Below the pieces are notes generated by a model that was not told where the DNA came from, did no database searches, and saw nothing but the letters and a program-made list of their open reading frames with translations. DNA of 10,910 nt from Armatimonadota bacterium (GTDB lineage: Bacteria; Armatimonadota; Zipacnadia; Zipacnadales; UBA5352): positions 1-10,910 of the forward strand of contig JAYENL010000101.1 in the NCBI GenBank assembly GCA_034722055.1. The letters are read 5' to 3'. Shown here in pieces: positions 8,714 to 10,910 of the stretch (positions within the stretch are counted from its first letter, which is position 1; every line of letters starts with the position of its first letter). A program made the translations under genes and the position numbers.

Positions 8714-8815
8714 TCATGCGCAATCGTACACATTCTCGGCCTCGACCGGGCCGAGGGCAGTGCGCGCTGATGACCGCGTGGGACGATCAGTGCTGGTCGT
8801 CTCATTCTCGCCCAT
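8714..8815 (-). other. SD-supported 33-codon upstream ORF (MGENETTSTDRPTRSSARTALGPVEAENVYDCA*) in frame with the membrane-protein gene
   Basis: GGAGGTG at 8830-8824, ATG at 8815, TGA at 8716-8714. The same frame continues without a stop as SDDETGGLRVRTGRVL... into the membrane-protein CDS. Confidence 0.3.
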
Positions 8816-8940
8816 ACATGCGCCACCTCCATTCCATGGCCCCACAGCCCCCTGGCCGCCGCGTTGCCTTCAGCCCAGGCCTCGCCTGGCGGCGCGCCAC
8901 GAGGGGTAGTCGCGGAGGTGAGTCATGACAGTACTGGGCG
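8809..8940. promoter_or_regulatory. Nested imperfect inverted repeat / candidate structured leader RNA with anti-SD:SD pairing
   Basis: Nested pairings: 8809-14/8935-40, 8817-20/8924-27, 8824-30/8914-20, 8849-53/8902-06, 8854-56/8896-98, 8857-61/8890-94 and 8875-80/8884-89. Confidence 0.35.
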
Positions 8941-9097
8941 CCAGCCCGGTCGCGGGCGTTGAGCCGCCGCCCTTGGCAGTGAGCGGGCGAGCTGTGCGGG
9001 GGGTGAAGAGACGCGCCCCATCCCCGCTACACGCGGCATTGCGCACGGTAGCATTGGCCTGCCGGTGCTGGCCCTCAGAGGGCGCGATCGCCGCTAT

Positions 9098-9134
9098 GGC
9101 CCCCGGGCCCGGTGGCGCGCTGGAGGCCGGGGCC
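9098..9134 (-). terminator. Imperfect GC-rich hairpin directly after the PL22-like stop codon
   Basis: ggcccc (9098-9103) pairs with ggggcc (9129-9134), with further imperfect inner pairing. No U-tract. Confidence 0.2.
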
Positions 9135-10376
9135 TCACAGCGAGTCAAGCCACTCCTGGTCAAGCAGCGCGCCGTAAACCTGTGGCAGCCCGTCCCGCCG
9201 GGCGGTGAATATCAGCCACCGGTTGTCGGCCGTGAGATACGGGTGGGCGTGCGACCACTGCTTGCCGTCGTAGACCGTCCGGCTGAAGACCGCGCGTCGG
9301 CAGTTGCCGGACTCGAAGCTGCCGATGTAGATGGGGACGCCCTCCCCGCCGCTGTCGCCAATCCAGTAGCGTCCATCGGCGGAGACGCTCACGTGGCCGA
9401 AGCGCAGATCGCCCGAGTAGACGAGCTTCGGCCCCGGGTCCCCCACCCGGGCCGTCCAGACGTTCCCTGCGCTCTCGGGGCCGGAGCCGGTGGAGAAGAA
9501 GATGCGATCGGTCGTGCCCACCCACGCCTCGTGGCCGGCGGGGCGGGGGGTGTGCTGTCGGTCCGCCGGGAAGAGCTTCGTCTCGCCGGCGAGGTCGATC
9601 TCGCCCAGCAGGACCTGCTCGACGTCCGGCATCTGGTTGAGCTGGATGAGCACGCGGTTGCGCCCATCCCGCGAGAACTGCTCATGCTTGGCGTGGTAGC
9701 CCTCCATATCCAGCACCACGGACCACTCGCCGGTCTGCAGGTCCAGCAGATGGACCTGAGAGGCTGCGTCGCCCTCCGGTCGCACCGCGACGGCATAGTA
9801 GCGATGGTCCTGCGAGACGGTTCCGTAGCTGTACCGCCTCCGCTCGGTGGGCAGCACCGCGATATCCTCCACCTCCAGGGTCAGGTAGTGGCAGCGGCGG
9901 AGCATGAGCTGCTCGCCCACGCGCTGACGATAGTAGAGGTACTCCCCCCAGGCGTGGAAGGCCGGGAACAGCGGCGTGCCCTCAAGGACCTGGTGGTGAG
10001 AGCCGTCGGCGAGGTCCACGATGCTCAGGCCTCCCGGCCGCTCCTCGGTGTCGTAGTAGCGCACCGCGATGCGTCGGCCTGAGGGGTCGCTGTAGGGCTG
10101 CTCGCCGTAGATGTTGTCGGCAGGCCGCTCGCCATCGCTGAGCAGGTAGATCTGTGCGCCGCTGTCGGGATCAGTTTCGACCGGTTCGCCGAGCATCGTG
10201 GTTCCTCCCTGATTCGTGACGACATTGGCACCTTCGCGGTCGCTGCGGGTCTGGGCCGGCGCGGGGCGAGCCCCGCCGACGCCCAGGACCAGCAGGGCTG
10301 CCATCAGCGGGAGCAGCCTGGTGGTGACTGGACGCGGCGTCCCGAGGCTCTGAAAGGCCGTCAATCCGTTGCTCAC
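9135..10376 (-). CDS. Oligogalacturonate lyase (PL22)-like beta-propeller protein, ~413 aa with signal peptide (alternative 353-aa form from 10196)
   Basis: N-terminal TDPDSGAQIYLLS..NIY resembles the OGL DP.TG..V.RLT motif. Also GHEAW (His 9533-9531), GHVS..DG..IGD (His 9395-9393), and KQWSHAHPYLTADNRWLIFT..RDG.PQVY matching OGL Q-x-x-H-x-H-P-x-F-T-x-D. GTG 10376 lies 6 nt after GGAGGAG (10389-10383). Confidence 0.8.
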   Translation of the reverse strand: MSNGLTAFQSLGTPRPVTTRLLPLMAALLVLGVGGARPAPAQTRSDREGANVVTNQGGTTMLGEPVETDPDSGAQIYLLSDGERPADNIYGEQPYSDPSGRRIAVRYYDTEERPGGLSIVDLADGSHHQVLEGTPLFPAFHAWGEYLYYRQRVGEQLMLRRCHYLTLEVEDIAVLPTERRRYSYGTVSQDHRYYAVAVRPEGDAASQVHLLDLQTGEWSVVLDMEGYHAKHEQFSRDGRNRVLIQLNQMPDVEQVLLGEIDLAGETKLFPADRQHTPRPAGHEAWVGTTDRIFFSTGSGPESAGNVWTARVGDPGPKLVYSGDLRFGHVSVSADGRYWIGDSGGEGVPIYIGSFESGNCRRAVFSRTVYDGKQWSHAHPYLTADNRWLIFTARRDGLPQVYGALLDQEWLDSL

Positions 10377-10535
10377 TTGAATCTCCTCCATGTGTTGCTC
10401 GCAGGACCTCGTGCCCCGATGTCAATAGATCAGCTGGTGGCAGTCGCGCCGGGCCCTGAGGCGGTCGATAGGCCTCCGCAACCCCACCCGTTCGCTGCGG
10501 TTGGGCTCCGCCGACATACCCGCCCGGCGGGAAGA

Positions 10536-10910
10536 TCAGGCGCTGCGCGCCTCGCGTTCGCCTTCCTGCCGGATCCTTGCGCTCTGCTTCAAGGACGCGT
10601 GTGCCGTAGTTGGGGCTTGGAGGGCTGGTGACCTCCCTGGTGCCTGCTGTGTTGCGATGGCTGTGGGGCACGGAATCAGGTTCCGCAGGCGACCTCGGAC
10701 CGGCCCAGGCCGTCGCGCTCGGTTGTACGCCAGTATCGCTGCAGCATCCAGATTCATGTGCCCAGCGCCAGGGCCGCGGAGCAGACTGTCGGAATCCCGG
10801 TGGTAGTAGGGGAGGGGCCGCCTGAGGCTCCAGCGTGGTTTGCTGGAGCCGAAGCCGGCCCGGCCGTTCGCCGTTCGAAGCAGCGCCTCGCGACGCTGTC
10901 TCGTGGGGTC
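10536..10910 (-). pseudogene. Possible degenerate C-terminal remnant of a DDE transposase (IS4/IS5/IS982-like)
   Basis: Frame is open from the window edge: ...RTANGRAGFGSSKPRWSLRR...LLRG...HMNL.AAAILAYNR...RLRNLI. This loosely recalls the R..VE..F..LK..W.L....RG....H..L..ILAYN tail of DDE transposases. The catalytic Glu is not present. Confidence 0.25.
10826..10850. repeat. Perfect 9-bp inverted repeat
   Basis: ggctccagc (10826-10834), loop gtggttt, gctggagcc (10842-10850). Confidence 0.5.

Noticed and set aside
8802..8819. Five-codon ORF MYGRE* on the - strand using the same SD
   Set aside because: Too short to evaluate. It is an alternative use of the SD and weakens, but does not exclude, the 33-codon uORF reading.
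8925..10082. 385-aa + strand ORF preceded by a perfect GGAGGTGA
   Set aside because: It is mostly the antisense mirror of the PL22-like gene and has no domain features. The apparent SD is better explained as one arm of the 8809-8940 inverted repeat, though translation cannot be formally excluded.
10420..10425. TTGACA -35 box on the - strand upstream of the PL22-like gene
   Set aside because: No recognisable -10 hexamer at 16-18 bp spacing.
10392..10910. Known ncRNA (SRP, tRNA, riboswitch) or CRISPR array in the right intergenic region
   Set aside because: No SRP tetraloop motif, cloverleaf, riboswitch consensus or regularly spaced repeats were recognised.

Overview
High-GC bacterial window that looks like part of a carbohydrate-utilisation locus. 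The gene families suggest an Armatimonadota/Planctomycetota/Poribacteria-type organism, but this is inference only. On the + strand are three genes: the 3' end of an H-X9-DG (DUF1559/prepilin-like) gene with lower GC; a secreted ~1300-aa multidomain protein resembling heparinase II/III-type lyases, with an inserted CBM-like module and an FG-GAP/PQQ-like propeller; and a secreted ~746-aa transglutaminase-like protein with an intact Cys-His-Asp triad. Converging on the - strand are a DUF6785/DUF6784-like polytopic membrane protein and an oligogalacturonate lyase (PL22)-like beta-propeller. The most unusual signals are non-coding or translational. The PL22-like gene has two SD-supported in-frame starts, one giving a signal peptide and one not. 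Upstream of the membrane-protein gene, a ~130-nt nested hairpin pairs an anti-SD with an SD. That SD drives a 33-codon ORF ending ...C-A-UGA in frame with the membrane protein and followed by a loosely SECIS-like hairpin. A possible decayed transposase tail lies at the right edge. All family assignments come from motif recognition by eye; no searches were run.
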